Shown here piece after piece: positions 53,895 through 64,000 of a DNA stretch of 64,000 bases. Numbering within the stretch: position 1 is the stretch's first letter; each line of letters opens with the position of its first letter. Under the pieces are notes generated by a model. It was given only the letters and a program-made list of their open reading frames with translations, ran no database searches and was not told the DNA's origin. A program made the position numbers and the translations under genes. Origin of the DNA: Microcoleus sp. (lineage in GTDB: Bacteria > Cyanobacteriota > Cyanobacteriia > Cyanobacteriales > Microcoleaceae); the NCBI GenBank assembly GCA_052279835.1, contig CP181291.1:3040001-3104000 (forward strand), given 5' to 3'.

Positions 53895-54119
53895 ATGGAT
53901 CTCACTGTCACGTTGAATCAAATTACATCGCTCAGTATTGAAGACCGAATTCGGCTCGTACAAGCAATTTGGGATAGCATCGCAGCAGAGCAAGCTTACC
54001 CCAATCTTACAGAAATACAAAAACAAGAACTGGATCGGCGGATTAGCGATTCCGAAGCTAATCCAGATGATGTAATGACTTGGGAACAAATTAAAGCTTC
54101 GATAAAAAGACGCCCATGA
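53895..54119 (+). CDS. Addiction-module antitoxin component
   Basis: LSIEDRIRLVQAIWDSI..QKQELDRR..VMTWEQIK; ATGA overlap with the toxin. Confidence 0.88.
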   Translation: MDLTVTLNQITSLSIEDRIRLVQAIWDSIAAEQAYPNLTEIQKQELDRRISDSEANPDDVMTWEQIKASIKRRP

Positions 54120-54412
54120 ATTATGCGCTAGTGTTTCGGCCAGAAGTTCGTGAAGAACTCGATGAGGCTTACAATTGGTACGAAAGCCAGCAGGTAGGAC
54201 TTGGCGACGATTTTTTGGACTCTGTGGACGAGACGTTAAATCGAATTTGCCAGATGCCAGAATCATATCCAGTTGTCTATCGTGATGTTAGGCGATCTGT
54301 GGTTCGTCGCTTTCCTTATGCTGTTTACTATCGGATTGTATCAAGTCGGGTGATTGTCACAGCAATTTTTCACAGTCGGAGAGATCCCAAAGCTTGGCAA
54401 GTGCGAACATAA
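54116..54412 (+). CDS. RelE/ParE family toxin
   Basis: EAYNWYE..GLG..F, RRFPYAVYYR, AIFHSRRDP. Confidence 0.9.
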   Translation: MNYALVFRPEVREELDEAYNWYESQQVGLGDDFLDSVDETLNRICQMPESYPVVYRDVRRSVVRRFPYAVYYRIVSSRVIVTAIFHSRRDPKAWQVRT

Positions 54413-54497
54413 ATAAATGTTTGCAAGAGTCTGGCTAGTCTTTGACTTGTATCATTGCTTAAACTTGGGAAACTAAAATTTACGTCAATTGCAGGCG

Positions 54498-57400
54498 TTA
54501 AAATTTCTCACCCAGCCATTCCCTCCCCCTCGCCAACAACTCATCCAAACTTTCCACTGGCCAAAACCGCACCTTTCCATCCTGGGAACCTGTTATTAAA
54601 AACTTCCCATCCCAACTAAAACAAACACTATAAATCGGACTTTTTAACTTCACAAAATCTGCTTCGCCTTTGAGTAAATTGCCCTTATATCCGCTAAAGT
54701 CGGCAAGTAAATTCCCCTGCAAGTCCCACAATTTGGCGGTGCCGTCTTGTGATGCAGTGGCGATCGTATCTCCTGTGGGGCTAAAACTGACACTATTTAC
54801 CGAGCCATTATGTCCGGTGAATGTTACCAAGCAGTTGCCCTGCAAGTCCCACAATTTCGCGGTGTTGTCTTTTGAGGCAGTTGCGATCGCATCTCCTGTC
54901 GGGCTAAAACTGACACTTGTTACCCAGTGATTATGTCCGGTAAATGTTACCAAGCAGTTGCCTTTCAAGTCCCACAATTTGGCTGTTTTGTCAGATGAGA
55001 CAGTAGCGATTCTATCTCCTATGGGGCTAAAACTGACACTCCATACCGAGCCATTATGTCCGGTGAATGTTACCAAGCAGTTGCCATCCAAGTCCCACAA
55101 TTTGGCTGTTTTGTGAGTTGAGGCCGTGACAATCCTATCTCCTGTGGGGCTAAAACTGGCACTCCATACCGAGTAATTATGTCCGATGAATGTTAGCAAG
55201 CAGTTGCCATCCAAGTCCCACAATTTGGCGGTTCGGTCATCTGAGGCAGTAGTAATCCTATCTCCTATGGGGCTAAAACTGACACTCCATACCGAGTCAT
55301 AATGTCCAGTGAATGTTGCCAAGCAGTTGCCCTTCAAGTCCCACAATTTGGCAGTTCGGTCATTTGAGGCAGTAGCAAATGCATCTCCTGTCCGACTAAA
55401 ACTGACACTATTTACCGACTTATCATGTCCGGTGAATGTTTCCAAGTGGTTGCCTTGCAAGTCCCACAATTTGGCAGTTCGGTCATCTGAGGCAGTAGCG
55501 AATGCATCTCCTGTCGGACTAAAACTGAGACTATTTACCGAGTCATTATGTCCGGTGAATGTTACCAAGCGGTTGCCCTGGAAATCCCACAATTGAGCGG
55601 TTCGGTCATCTGAGGCAGTAGCAATTATATCTCCAGTCGGACTAAAATTGACACTATTTACCGACTTATCATGTCCGGTGAATGTTACCAAGCGGTTGCC
55701 CTGGAAATCCCACAATTGAGCGGTTCGGTCATCTGAGGCAGTAGCAATTATATCTCCAGTCGGGCTAAAACTGACACTATTTACGGGTTTATTATGTTCA
55801 TTGAATATTACCAAACAGTTGCCCTCCAAGTCCCACAATTTGGCAGTGATCTCAGTTGAGGCAGTGGCGATCTTATTTTCTGTCGCGCTAAAACTGACAC
55901 TATTTACAGATTTATTATGTCCTATGAATGTTACCAAGCAGTTGCCTTCTAAGTCCCATAATTTGGCGGTTTTGTCTTGTGATGCAGTAGCTATCGCATC
56001 TCCATTCGGGCTAAACCTGACACTGGTTACCAAGTCATCATGTCCGATGAATGCTACCAAGCAGTTGCCCCGCAAGTCCCACAATCTAGCGGTTTTGTCT
56101 TGTGATGCAGTAGCTATCACATCTCCAGTCGGACTAAAACTCACACTATTTACCCTGCCATTATGTCCGGTGAAAGTCATCAAACATCGACCTTGTAAAT
56201 CCCACAATTTCGCGGTTTGGTCAGATGAGGCAGTGGCGATCGTATCTCCTGTCGGGCTAAAACTCACACTATTTACCGAGTCCTTATGTCCAATAAACTG
56301 ATGCCGAACGCGAATTTTAGTAAGAATTACTTGCAAAGCTGACAGAGGAGTAATTGTGGGATATTCGGAAATCGGGGGGTTATCTGGTATCCACTTCTTT
56401 AAATCTTCTCCTGCTTGGATAGCTGCCCGCAAGGCTGTTATTTGCTTTCCATCCGACTGAAAAAGCTCTAAGGCATCATGTCCAGCTTCTTCAACTTTAA
56501 TGACTTTAATGACTTCTCTGCGAACTTCTTTTAAGAATTTATTAGATGTCCTTAGTTCTTGCCGTTCATCATCTCGACTGGCATCTAAAAAATCATTATC
56601 CTCATCGCTTAAACGTTTCCCCACTTTCCACTGCAACGCATCATCCAATGCTTGATCATGCAGCAGTCGGGAAGTATCTTGACGATTTGAGGCTATCCAA
56701 GCGGCGAAGTTTTCCTGGTAGGGGCGGAGTTTCGCTAATTCTTGCTGTACCCAATCGAGGTTAAAAATAGCGGCATATATGGTGTTATAAACTTTTAAAT
56801 ATCCGTCGCGTTTGACGACCAATCCTGAGAGTTGTAACCTTCTTTGATCGAGACTATTATCAGCACAGATTTTCCGATCCGCGTCCGTCAGTATTTGCTG
56901 ATAAATACCCAGCAGTAGCGCAGTGCGGTCTTGATAGTCAAGCAGCAAGCGATCTCTAATTGTTTTTAAATGTTCTAGTTCGTCATTTGCTTCCCAATTG
57001 TCAATGACGTACTTTTGCACTAAAGCTTTCACATCATAACTCCCACTGGCAGATTGATATACCATCAGTCGGCACAGTCTTTGCATCAAAAAAGGTTGCC
57101 CGTTTGTCCAATTAAAAACCTCAGCTAATATCTCCTCCGATATCTCTTGCGATCGCTCTCCCATTAAACCAGGGATTAAAGCAGGTCGAGCTTCATCAAA
57201 AGTAAAGCCTGTTAAATCAATAGCCTTACCAATATTAAAAGGTGTTCGGTCTTTATCGCGAATCAAATCTGCTGGCGTGGCTACCCCCAAAAGACAAAAC
57301 GTAAGGCGCTTATGTTCAAAATTAATCGCTCTTTTGTTATAGCAAGCGCGAATCAATAGAAAAAAATCATCTTTCCAGCTTAGATTTAAAATCGAATCGA

Positions 57401-57824
57401 TTTCATCAATAAAAATAACAATATTTTGCGAAATCTCAGTCAATAAAACATCTTCAATAAACTGACTCAATCGCTGAGACGGCGACAGCAATTGTCGCTG
57501 CTGCCACCAACTATCAGCATCCACCTTTCTGGAGAGTGTGCCACCGCGAACTAACTCAGAAATAATGCCAAAATACCAGTAGTCTGAAGTTTCGCTACCG
57601 ATATCTGTTAAATCGATCGCAATACATTTAAAGCCTGCTTTTTCCCGCAAGCGTTTCATCGTTTGTACTTGCAAGCTAGACTTGCCCATTTGTCTGGAAT
57701 TCAACACATAACAAAATTCTCCTGCTATCAAACTGTCATAAAGTTCGCTATCTGCCTGACGCTTAACATAGGTAGGATGTTCGTACTCTAAAGAGCCACC
57801 AACTTGATATTGATAAACCGTCAT
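54498..57824 (-). CDS. AAA_35 (STAND-like) NTPase fused to 14 WD40 repeats
   Basis: YQVGGSL..YVKRQAD, NSRQMGKSS, IFIDEIDS, TPFNIG; 123-bp high-identity WD40 repeats. Confidence 0.9.
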   Translation of the reverse strand: MTVYQYQVGGSLEYEHPTYVKRQADSELYDSLIAGEFCYVLNSRQMGKSSLQVQTMKRLREKAGFKCIAIDLTDIGSETSDYWYFGIISELVRGGTLSRKVDADSWWQQRQLLSPSQRLSQFIEDVLLTEISQNIVIFIDEIDSILNLSWKDDFFLLIRACYNKRAINFEHKRLTFCLLGVATPADLIRDKDRTPFNIGKAIDLTGFTFDEARPALIPGLMGERSQEISEEILAEVFNWTNGQPFLMQRLCRLMVYQSASGSYDVKALVQKYVIDNWEANDELEHLKTIRDRLLLDYQDRTALLLGIYQQILTDADRKICADNSLDQRRLQLSGLVVKRDGYLKVYNTIYAAIFNLDWVQQELAKLRPYQENFAAWIASNRQDTSRLLHDQALDDALQWKVGKRLSDEDNDFLDASRDDERQELRTSNKFLKEVRREVIKVIKVEEAGHDALELFQSDGKQITALRAAIQAGEDLKKWIPDNPPISEYPTITPLSALQVILTKIRVRHQFIGHKDSVNSVSFSPTGDTIATASSDQTAKLWDLQGRCLMTFTGHNGRVNSVSFSPTGDVIATASQDKTARLWDLRGNCLVAFIGHDDLVTSVRFSPNGDAIATASQDKTAKLWDLEGNCLVTFIGHNKSVNSVSFSATENKIATASTEITAKLWDLEGNCLVIFNEHNKPVNSVSFSPTGDIIATASDDRTAQLWDFQGNRLVTFTGHDKSVNSVNFSPTGDIIATASDDRTAQLWDFQGNRLVTFTGHNDSVNSLSFSPTGDAFATASDDRTAKLWDLQGNHLETFTGHDKSVNSVSFSRTGDAFATASNDRTAKLWDLKGNCLATFTGHYDSVWSVSFSPIGDRITTASDDRTAKLWDLDGNCLLTFIGHNYSVWSASFSPTGDRIVTASTHKTAKLWDLDGNCLVTFTGHNGSVWSVSFSPIGDRIATVSSDKTAKLWDLKGNCLVTFTGHNHWVTSVSFSPTGDAIATASKDNTAKLWDLQGNCLVTFTGHNGSVNSVSFSPTGDTIATASQDGTAKLWDLQGNLLADFSGYKGNLLKGEADFVKLKSPIYSVCFSWDGKFLITGSQDGKVRFWPVESLDELLARGREWLGEKF

Positions 57825-57845
57825 AATCTGGTTTTACTCCCGACT

Positions 57846-59162
57846 CTAATCTCGAAATTTCTCGGCAAAATAATCCCGATATAACCTACAGCTAGGAGTG
57901 ATACCATGCTGATTTGGTTTAACTAAACCCGTACTCAGCAATTTGAATTGTAGCACCTGTTCTAATTCTACTGAACTGTCTGCGAGTACAACTTGTTTGA
58001 GAGCAGCCTTAAGTTCAACATAATTTTGTAAATTCGCCCAGTGACTCTGCAAATGCTGGCGGTAAATTCCCACATCTGTAGCTGCATTTTTCAAGATTTC
58101 TTCTAAAGATAGATTGGAATTATGCAAATCATAAAGCGCCTTGCGTACTAGATAAGGATAACCGCCAACCATTGCCATCAATGCCGCTGCTTCATGAGTT
58201 TCCCAAGATAATTGATGGCGACGGGCTAAATCTAGAATATTTAGTTCGCTAAATTCGGTCAACTCTACTGGAAAGCCGACATTAAATGGTGATTGATTAT
58301 GAGGTAATTCCACGTAATCATTTGTAGAGTGGAGCAGCACCATTCGCAAATTTTCCCAAATGTCAGTTTTTTTAGTTTCTTCAAACCAGCTTCGTAACAT
58401 CTTCAGAAATTCTTGGGCAGTTTTCTCATAATGAAAAATACAGTCTATTTCTTCTAAAGCCAAGATCAAAGGACAATCTATAGCTTCTAAAACTTTTGTT
58501 TGAAAGTATTTTTTGCAATTTACGAGAATGCCTCCGCGCGCTTGCAAATCGATATTACATTCTAGTTTTAGCTGATCGCTGATATTGAAGCAAAACCATT
58601 CAAAAAATTTATGTGTATTGCTAAATATTTCTGTCTCAGCATCTCTAAAATCTAGGCGTACTAGCCTATGCTTATTTGTTTGTGGGTCTTTTATGATGCG
58701 ATTTAATAGAGAAGTTTTTCCCATTAATTTGGGAGCTTTAATGCGAATCATTGACCCAGATCTTAAAATCTGCTGACAACAATCAGATTCCATTTTGGAG
58801 CGTTCTACATAAAACTGAGAATTGAAGCGCAATGGTTTTTCTGGTGATTCTATTTCTTTCCGATGTTCACAGATTCTTCCCTCAAATTCCTTTAAAAACT
58901 CTTCACAAACTAATTCCGGTTTATGTTTAACAAATAATCGAATCAACTGCTGGCGTTGTGTATATGCACCCGGTTCGTTCTTCACCCCAAACGACTTGCA
59001 AATCTTTGAAATATGAGAACGAACCCCCGACGCATCTTTATGTAAAGCTTCAGAAATTTCTGTACCCGTTCGATTTTCCAAGAACATCTCTAACACTGAA
59101 TGCTGTGTTGCAGTAATATTTTTATAGATAGCCTCAAATTCCTGTTTTGTCATATTATCCAT
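57846..59162 (-). CDS. HTH-AAA_35 NTPase
   Basis: LuxR-like HTH (EISEALH..SGVRSHISKI), FYVER, APKLMGKTS, QSPFNVG, VGGYPYL; start 59153 or 59162. Confidence 0.88.
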   Translation of the reverse strand: MDNMTKQEFEAIYKNITATQHSVLEMFLENRTGTEISEALHKDASGVRSHISKICKSFGVKNEPGAYTQRQQLIRLFVKHKPELVCEEFLKEFEGRICEHRKEIESPEKPLRFNSQFYVERSKMESDCCQQILRSGSMIRIKAPKLMGKTSLLNRIIKDPQTNKHRLVRLDFRDAETEIFSNTHKFFEWFCFNISDQLKLECNIDLQARGGILVNCKKYFQTKVLEAIDCPLILALEEIDCIFHYEKTAQEFLKMLRSWFEETKKTDIWENLRMVLLHSTNDYVELPHNQSPFNVGFPVELTEFSELNILDLARRHQLSWETHEAAALMAMVGGYPYLVRKALYDLHNSNLSLEEILKNAATDVGIYRQHLQSHWANLQNYVELKAALKQVVLADSSVELEQVLQFKLLSTGLVKPNQHGITPSCRLYRDYFAEKFRD

Positions 59163-59439
59163 TCCCCTCAGCCTCAAAACTGCCTAATTTCTCTTAAATT
59201 AGCATAAATCAGAGCTTTAGCGTAGCTGTCTTGTCAATTCCTGGTGAGTTTTCACAATTTTATAAGTCAAACATGATTTGTGAGTTTTTTTTCACAAACT
59301 CTTTCACAAATGATTCAAGCCCAACTCACAATCTCTCCAAATTTTTACCTGACAACTAATTTGGGAGTCTAAATTAACGATCGCCCGCAAACACAAACAA
59401 TGCAGATATCGTAGGAAATATAGAGAGATAGGTAAAACG

Positions 59440-59673
59440 ATGAAACTAGAAAAACAGAATTTAAACACCAAGCCTAAATTAGCTAAAAAGGTAAATCCAG
59501 TGAAAAAATCTGACAATTCAAACATCAAGTGGTTGATTGAGGAAGTGGTAGTACCGATCGCGATCGCCCTAATTCCTGCCCTAATTCCCTTAGCAACACC
59601 GTTGATCACCCCTCCAAATACCCAACAACCCGCAAATCCAGCGATCGATCGCACAATTCCACCGTCAAAATGA
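59440..59673 (+). CDS. Small protein with one hydrophobic segment
   Basis: 77 aa; basic N-terminus then VVVPIAIALIPALIPLA; divergent from HTH-AAA_35. Confidence 0.45.
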   Translation: MKLEKQNLNTKPKLAKKVNPVKKSDNSNIKWLIEEVVVPIAIALIPALIPLATPLITPPNTQQPANPAIDRTIPPSK

Positions 59674-59808
59674 TATTCTGTGCGATCGCGCCTAATCTAA
59701 GAAACCGGGTTTCTGCGATAATTTACGCATCCTCACGAGATTTTGGAAAGAAACCCGGTTTCTGACCCCTCGCGCGTTAGCGAAGCCCTTGAAGAGGATC
59801 GCCCTTGT

Positions 59809-60468
59809 TTAAGCCAACTGCAACTGCACATTCTGCAACTTGCAAATCGCTTTCAAGACTTGCGCCAACAAAAGCGATCGCTCTGTGTCAATCAAATTCA
59901 ATTCCGGTAAAATCTGATAAGTACAAGGATTCCCCCGCGTCACCCGCACAAACCGATAACTTTCCCCATTCGTAGTCAATCCCCAAACCGACGATTGCTG
60001 CTGCAAACTTTTATAAGTATAAGTCAGCAATTGCGGCAAACCGGCCAAAGGGGAGATCGCACTATTTTTCGCCTCGACTACCAAAATCCAAAACTGTGCC
60101 GCCGCGAGTTCTGCATCCGGCTGATTTACGGCTAAAACATCCAACCGCCCTTTAATTAAAGTATCCTCATCCTCAACTTCAATGGGTATGCTATCTTCCA
60201 TTGTCAGCACAACAGGAACTTTAAAAAATCCCGTTAATCTCATCAACGGCGAAAGTGATAAAAACTTAACCAATTCTTCGGAAACCTTCCCCACTTCTAG
60301 ATAACGCCAAAAGTCATTGCTGATTTGCAATAATTCCTGCTGTTCAAAATCTGTCAGAGGTTCCATAGAGAAAAAATCAGTAAAAGAGCCTCCTGTTTGT
60401 CTTTCCAGTTTGAGAAGGCGACGAACGTCATTTAACGAAAGTTGGCTTGCTTCTAAATTTTGGGTCAT
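59809..60468 (-). CDS. Type I restriction endonuclease subunit R N-terminal-like PD-(D/E)xK protein
   Basis: GRLDVL...VVEAK, LPQLLTY, WGLTTNG; probable start MTQNLEAS. Confidence 0.8.
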   Translation of the reverse strand: MTQNLEASQLSLNDVRRLLKLERQTGGSFTDFFSMEPLTDFEQQELLQISNDFWRYLEVGKVSEELVKFLSLSPLMRLTGFFKVPVVLTMEDSIPIEVEDEDTLIKGRLDVLAVNQPDAELAAAQFWILVVEAKNSAISPLAGLPQLLTYTYKSLQQQSSVWGLTTNGESYRFVRVTRGNPCTYQILPELNLIDTERSLLLAQVLKAICKLQNVQLQLA

Positions 60469-60592
60469 GGCTTTTGTGCGATCGGCTGTTCCTGTCAAGG
60501 ATCTTGCAGATTTGGTATAATATAATATTAACACTTTTCACTAGCCTTTTACATCAGTCTATTTCTTACACTCTAGATTACCAGGAGTAACA

Positions 60593-60838
60593 ATGAAAGC
60601 AATTAAAGTGATGGCAACGATCGACGATCGAGGACAATTGTGCATTGATGAACCACTAAAATTAGAGCAAAATAGCAGAGTAGAAGTAATCGTGCTAATT
60701 TCCGAAGTAACAGAAAGTAATGAAAATGAGCAATCTAAAGAAACAATTCTAGCAGATTTTCGTCAAGCTTGGCAGGAAGCAATGACTGGCAAAACAATTC
60801 CTGTTGCCCAAATATGGGAGGGGATTGATGATGTCTGA
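60593..60838 (+). CDS. Antitoxin-like small protein
   Basis: GGAG RBS; FRQAWQEAMTGKTIPVAQIWEGI; overlaps the toxin start. Confidence 0.8.
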   Translation: MKAIKVMATIDDRGQLCIDEPLKLEQNSRVEVIVLISEVTESNENEQSKETILADFRQAWQEAMTGKTIPVAQIWEGIDDV

Positions 60839-61205
60839 GCAACCATTGATTCAAGTTGAAGCTGCACCAACGTTTACCAAAAACTTACGCAACCTCGCCA
60901 AAAAACATCGCAGTATTCGTAACGATATACAACCAGTCATTGAACAACTTGAACAGGGAGAGTTACCAGGCGAGCGCATATCTGGGATTGGTTACGATGT
61001 TTTTAAAGTGAGAGTCAGAAATAGCGATATTCAAAAAGGTAAAAGCGGCGGCTATCGTCTGATTTATTAGGTCAAAACTGCCAACGGAATTATTTTGCTG
61101 ACTGTTTATACAAAATCAGAACAAGCTGATATTCCTGCCGATGAAATTATGGGCATCATTGTAGAATACGAACGACGGGCAGGTGAAGATGAAGAAGATG
61201 CCTAA
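60828..61205 (+). pseudogene. RelE/HigB-like toxin with internal nonsense codon (TAG at 61068-61070)
   Basis: KVRVRNSDIQKGKSGGYRLIY then stop, then in-frame VKTANGIILLTVYTKSEQ to TAA 61205. Confidence 0.85.
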
Positions 61206-61281
61206 ATTAGGGTCATGACTTAAGTGCGATATTCGGTTCAGGTATTATAATACGATCAACCCTTACCTTAATCAACCAGCT

Positions 61282-61632
61282 ATGCAACTAGAAGACTACT
61301 TCAACTTCCTAAGACCTGACGATATTCGACTCCAAGGTTCTCGTATTGGCATCGAAACTATTCTTTATGAATACCTCTTTCGCGCGCGAACTCCCGAAGA
61401 AATCGCTAACATTTATACATCCCTCACCCTCGAACAAGTTTATGCAACCATTTTGTACTACCTGCACAACAAAGAAGCAGTCGGTAAATACATAACTGAA
61501 TGGCTGGAATGGGGCGACAAAATGCGAGAAGAACAACGTCTCAATCCTCCCCCAGTGACAGAAAAACTCCGCAAATTTAAAGCAGAAAGAGATGCAAGGA
61601 GCAAAGCTGATGCCCATTCAGTATCTCTTTGA
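61282..61632 (+). CDS. DUF433 family protein
   Basis: DDIRLQGSRIGIETIL..TPEEI..LTLEQVYATILYY. Confidence 0.88.
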   Translation: MQLEDYFNFLRPDDIRLQGSRIGIETILYEYLFRARTPEEIANIYTSLTLEQVYATILYYLHNKEAVGKYITEWLEWGDKMREEQRLNPPPVTEKLRKFKAERDARSKADAHSVSL

Positions 61633-61660
61633 TGAAAATTTGGCGCTTGGTAATTGGTAA
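61610..61660 (+). pseudogene. N-terminal stub of a DUF5615-type PIN toxin
   Basis: MPIQYLFDENL overlapping the DUF433 end, cut off at GTAATT(G/C) heptamer repeats. Confidence 0.6.
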
Positions 61661-61787
61661 TTCGTAATTCGTAATAAGCCCCAAGATTTACACAAGTATT
61701 CAAAGTCTTAAGGAAAATAAACATTCTTTTGCCCCAACTTATGCACACAATAGCTAAAAAGAGTAACTGAACTAAAAACTAACAGCG

Positions 61788-63758
61788 ATGTCACAAGATA
61801 CCATCGAATCAATTCTGCAAGAAAAACGCCTGTTTCAGCCGCCTGCTGAATTCTCCCAAAAAGCTCACATCAAAAGCCTAGAAGAGTACCAAGCCCTCTA
61901 CGACAAAGCCAAAGCCGACCCCCAAGCATTCTGGGCCGAACTCGCCACACAGGAATTAGACTGGTTCCAAAAGTGGGATGCCGTACTCGACTGGCAGCCA
62001 CCTTTTGCTAAATGGTTTGTCAATGGTAAAATTAACATTTCTTACAATTGTCTAGACAGACATTTGACAACTTGGCGCAAAAATAAAGCCGCCCTGATTT
62101 GGGAAGGGGAACCCGGAGATTCCCGCACCCTCACCTACGCCCAACTCCACCGCGAAGTTTGCCAAATGGCTAACGTAATCAAGGATTTGGGAGTCCAAAA
62201 GGGCGATCGCGTCGGTATCTATATGCCCATGATTCCCGAAGCTGCGATCGCCATGCTAGCCTGTGCCAGAATCGGTGCAGTACATAGCGTGGTGTTTGGC
62301 GGATTTAGTGCTGAAGCTTTGCGCGATCGACTCAACGACGGCGAAGCAAAACTCGTCATCACCGCTGACGGTGGCTTCCGCAAAGATGCAGCAGTCGGCC
62401 TCAAAGTACAAGTAGACAAAGCATTAGCAAATGATGCCGTTCCTAGCGTTACCAACGTACTCGTAGTTCAGCGCACCAAACAGCAAATTGACATGGAACC
62501 GGGGCGCGATCATTGGTGGCACGATTTGCAAAAAGGTGCATCGGCAAATTGCCCTGCCGAACCGATGGATAGTGAAGATATGCTATTCATTCTTTACACT
62601 TCTGGAAGTACCGGCAAACCCAAAGGTGTCGTCCATACAACGGGCGGTTATAACCTTTATAGCCACATGACAACCAAGTGGATATTTGACCTCCAAGATA
62701 CTGATGTTTACTGGTGTACCGCTGATGTCGGCTGGATTACTGGACACAGTTACATAGTCTACGGGCCGCTGTCCAACGGTGCCACAACTGTCATGTATGA
62801 AGGTGCTCCTCGCCCTTCTAATCCAGGCTGTTTTTGGGATGTCATTGAAAAATATGGTGTCACTGTTTTCTACACTGCACCAACCGCAATTCGCACGTTT
62901 ATGAAAATGGGCGAACACTTGCCAAATGCCAGAGATTTGTCATCTTTGCGGTTGTTGGGAACTGTCGGCGAACCGATTAATCCTGAAGCTTGGATGTGGT
63001 ATCAGCGGGTAATTGGGAAATCGAATTGTCCAATTGTGGATACTTGGTGGCAAACAGAAACAGGCGGGATTATGATTACCGCTTTGCCCGGTGCAATTCC
63101 GACAAAACCTGGTTCTGCAACCCTTCCTTTCCCCGGAATTATTGCCGATGTTGTTAACCAAGATGGCGAACCGGTAACTAATGAAAGTGGCGGTTATTTA
63201 GTTGTGAAACATCCTTGGCCGGGAATGATGCGGACTCTTTACAATGATGCCGATCGCTTCCGCCGCACTTATTGGGAATATTTGCACCCCAAAGATGGCG
63301 AATTCGTCTACTTTGCAGGGGACGGCGCGCACAAGGACAAAGACGGTTATTTCTGGGTAATGGGCCGGGTTGATGATGTGATTAATGTGGCCGGACACCG
63401 ACTCGGTACGATGGAAGTTGAATCGGCTTTGGTGTCTCATCCAGCGGTGGCGGAAGCTGCGGTTGTGGGGAAACCTGATGAGATTAAGGGTGAGGAAATT
63501 GTGGCGTTTGTGACGCTGGATAATTCGCAGCAGCCTAGCGATGATTTGGCTAAGGAATTGAAGCAGCACGTTGTTAAGGAAATTGGGGCGATCGCCCGTC
63601 CTGGAGAAATTCGATTTACTGATGCTTTACCGAAGACTCGCAGCGGGAAGATTATGCGGCGTTTGTTGCGTTCTTTGGCTGCTGGTTTGGAGGTGACTGG
63701 AGATACTTCTACTTTGGAAGATCGGACTGTTTTGGATAAGTTGCGGGCTGATTCTTAG
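61788..63758 (+). CDS. acs: Acetyl-CoA synthetase
   Basis: [32 protein letters not shown]. Confidence 0.97.
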   Translation: MSQDTIESILQEKRLFQPPAEFSQKAHIKSLEEYQALYDKAKADPQAFWAELATQELDWFQKWDAVLDWQPPFAKWFVNGKINISYNCLDRHLTTWRKNKAALIWEGEPGDSRTLTYAQLHREVCQMANVIKDLGVQKGDRVGIYMPMIPEAAIAMLACARIGAVHSVVFGGFSAEALRDRLNDGEAKLVITADGGFRKDAAVGLKVQVDKALANDAVPSVTNVLVVQRTKQQIDMEPGRDHWWHDLQKGASANCPAEPMDSEDMLFILYTSGSTGKPKGVVHTTGGYNLYSHMTTKWIFDLQDTDVYWCTADVGWITGHSYIVYGPLSNGATTVMYEGAPRPSNPGCFWDVIEKYGVTVFYTAPTAIRTFMKMGEHLPNARDLSSLRLLGTVGEPINPEAWMWYQRVIGKSNCPIVDTWWQTETGGIMITALPGAIPTKPGSATLPFPGIIADVVNQDGEPVTNESGGYLVVKHPWPGMMRTLYNDADRFRRTYWEYLHPKDGEFVYFAGDGAHKDKDGYFWVMGRVDDVINVAGHRLGTMEVESALVSHPAVAEAAVVGKPDEIKGEEIVAFVTLDNSQQPSDDLAKELKQHVVKEIGAIARPGEIRFTDALPKTRSGKIMRRLLRSLAAGLEVTGDTSTLEDRTVLDKLRADS

Positions 63759-64000
63759 GGGTATTTAACCGCAGATGTAGGCAGATGAACGCGGATGAAC
63801 GCAGATAAGATTTGTATCTGTGTTCATCTGTGGTTTAGTTAGAGTTTAAGATAATTGGATGATAATTTGCTATCATATAACCATGAAGTCTGATATTGCT
63901 CGTTTTGTTTTATGCCCGGTTTAGACCTCTACCACAATACAGTCAAACAATCTCTCCTCAATGATGGCTGGATAATTACTCACGATCCTCTCCATCTGAA

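Noticed and set aside
51481..57824. Diversity-generating retroelement acting on the WD40 or TPR repeats
   Set aside because: No reverse transcriptase in the window and no evident adenine-specific template/variable pair
59277..59298. CRP/SyCRP1 binding site
   Set aside because: The spacer between TGTGA and TCACA is 8 nt rather than 6
59809..60468. Type I restriction-modification system
   Set aside because: Only a short stand-alone nuclease-like domain; no hsdM, hsdS or helicase

Overview
Chromosomal window from a filamentous cyanobacterium. HIP1 octamers (GCGATCGC), heptamer tandem repeats and REP/MITE-like elements are abundant, and an Oscillatoriales/Microcoleus-like origin is my inference. 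Housekeeping genes include apcE (apparent +1 frameshift), moaA, narM, the atp1-a-c-b'-b-delta-alpha-gamma ATP synthase operon, a 2Fe-2S ferredoxin, gdhA, hemH, leuB, fused pyrF/pyrE, galT and acs. They alternate with accessory patches: toxin-antitoxin genes (many decayed), NLR-like NTPase-TPR and AAA_35-WD40 genes, and an IS701-like element nested inside a MITE. The most striking item is a five-gene operon at 23.4-28.5 kb: membrane-anchored coiled-coil protein, FtsK/SpoIIIE ATPase, 72-aa helical protein, a toxin-like protein whose first 72 aa are an ungapped paralog of that helical protein and whose C-terminus looks like a restriction-endonuclease-fold nuclease, and a MafI-like immunity gene. 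This resembles a minimal type VII/ESX-like polymorphic toxin system in a cyanobacterium. Just upstream is a ~270-bp-period array of three XRE repressor modules, each with its own palindrome and divergent promoter, joined at HIP1-like sites. No rRNA, tRNA or CRISPR array was seen. Family assignments come from motif recognition, not database searches.
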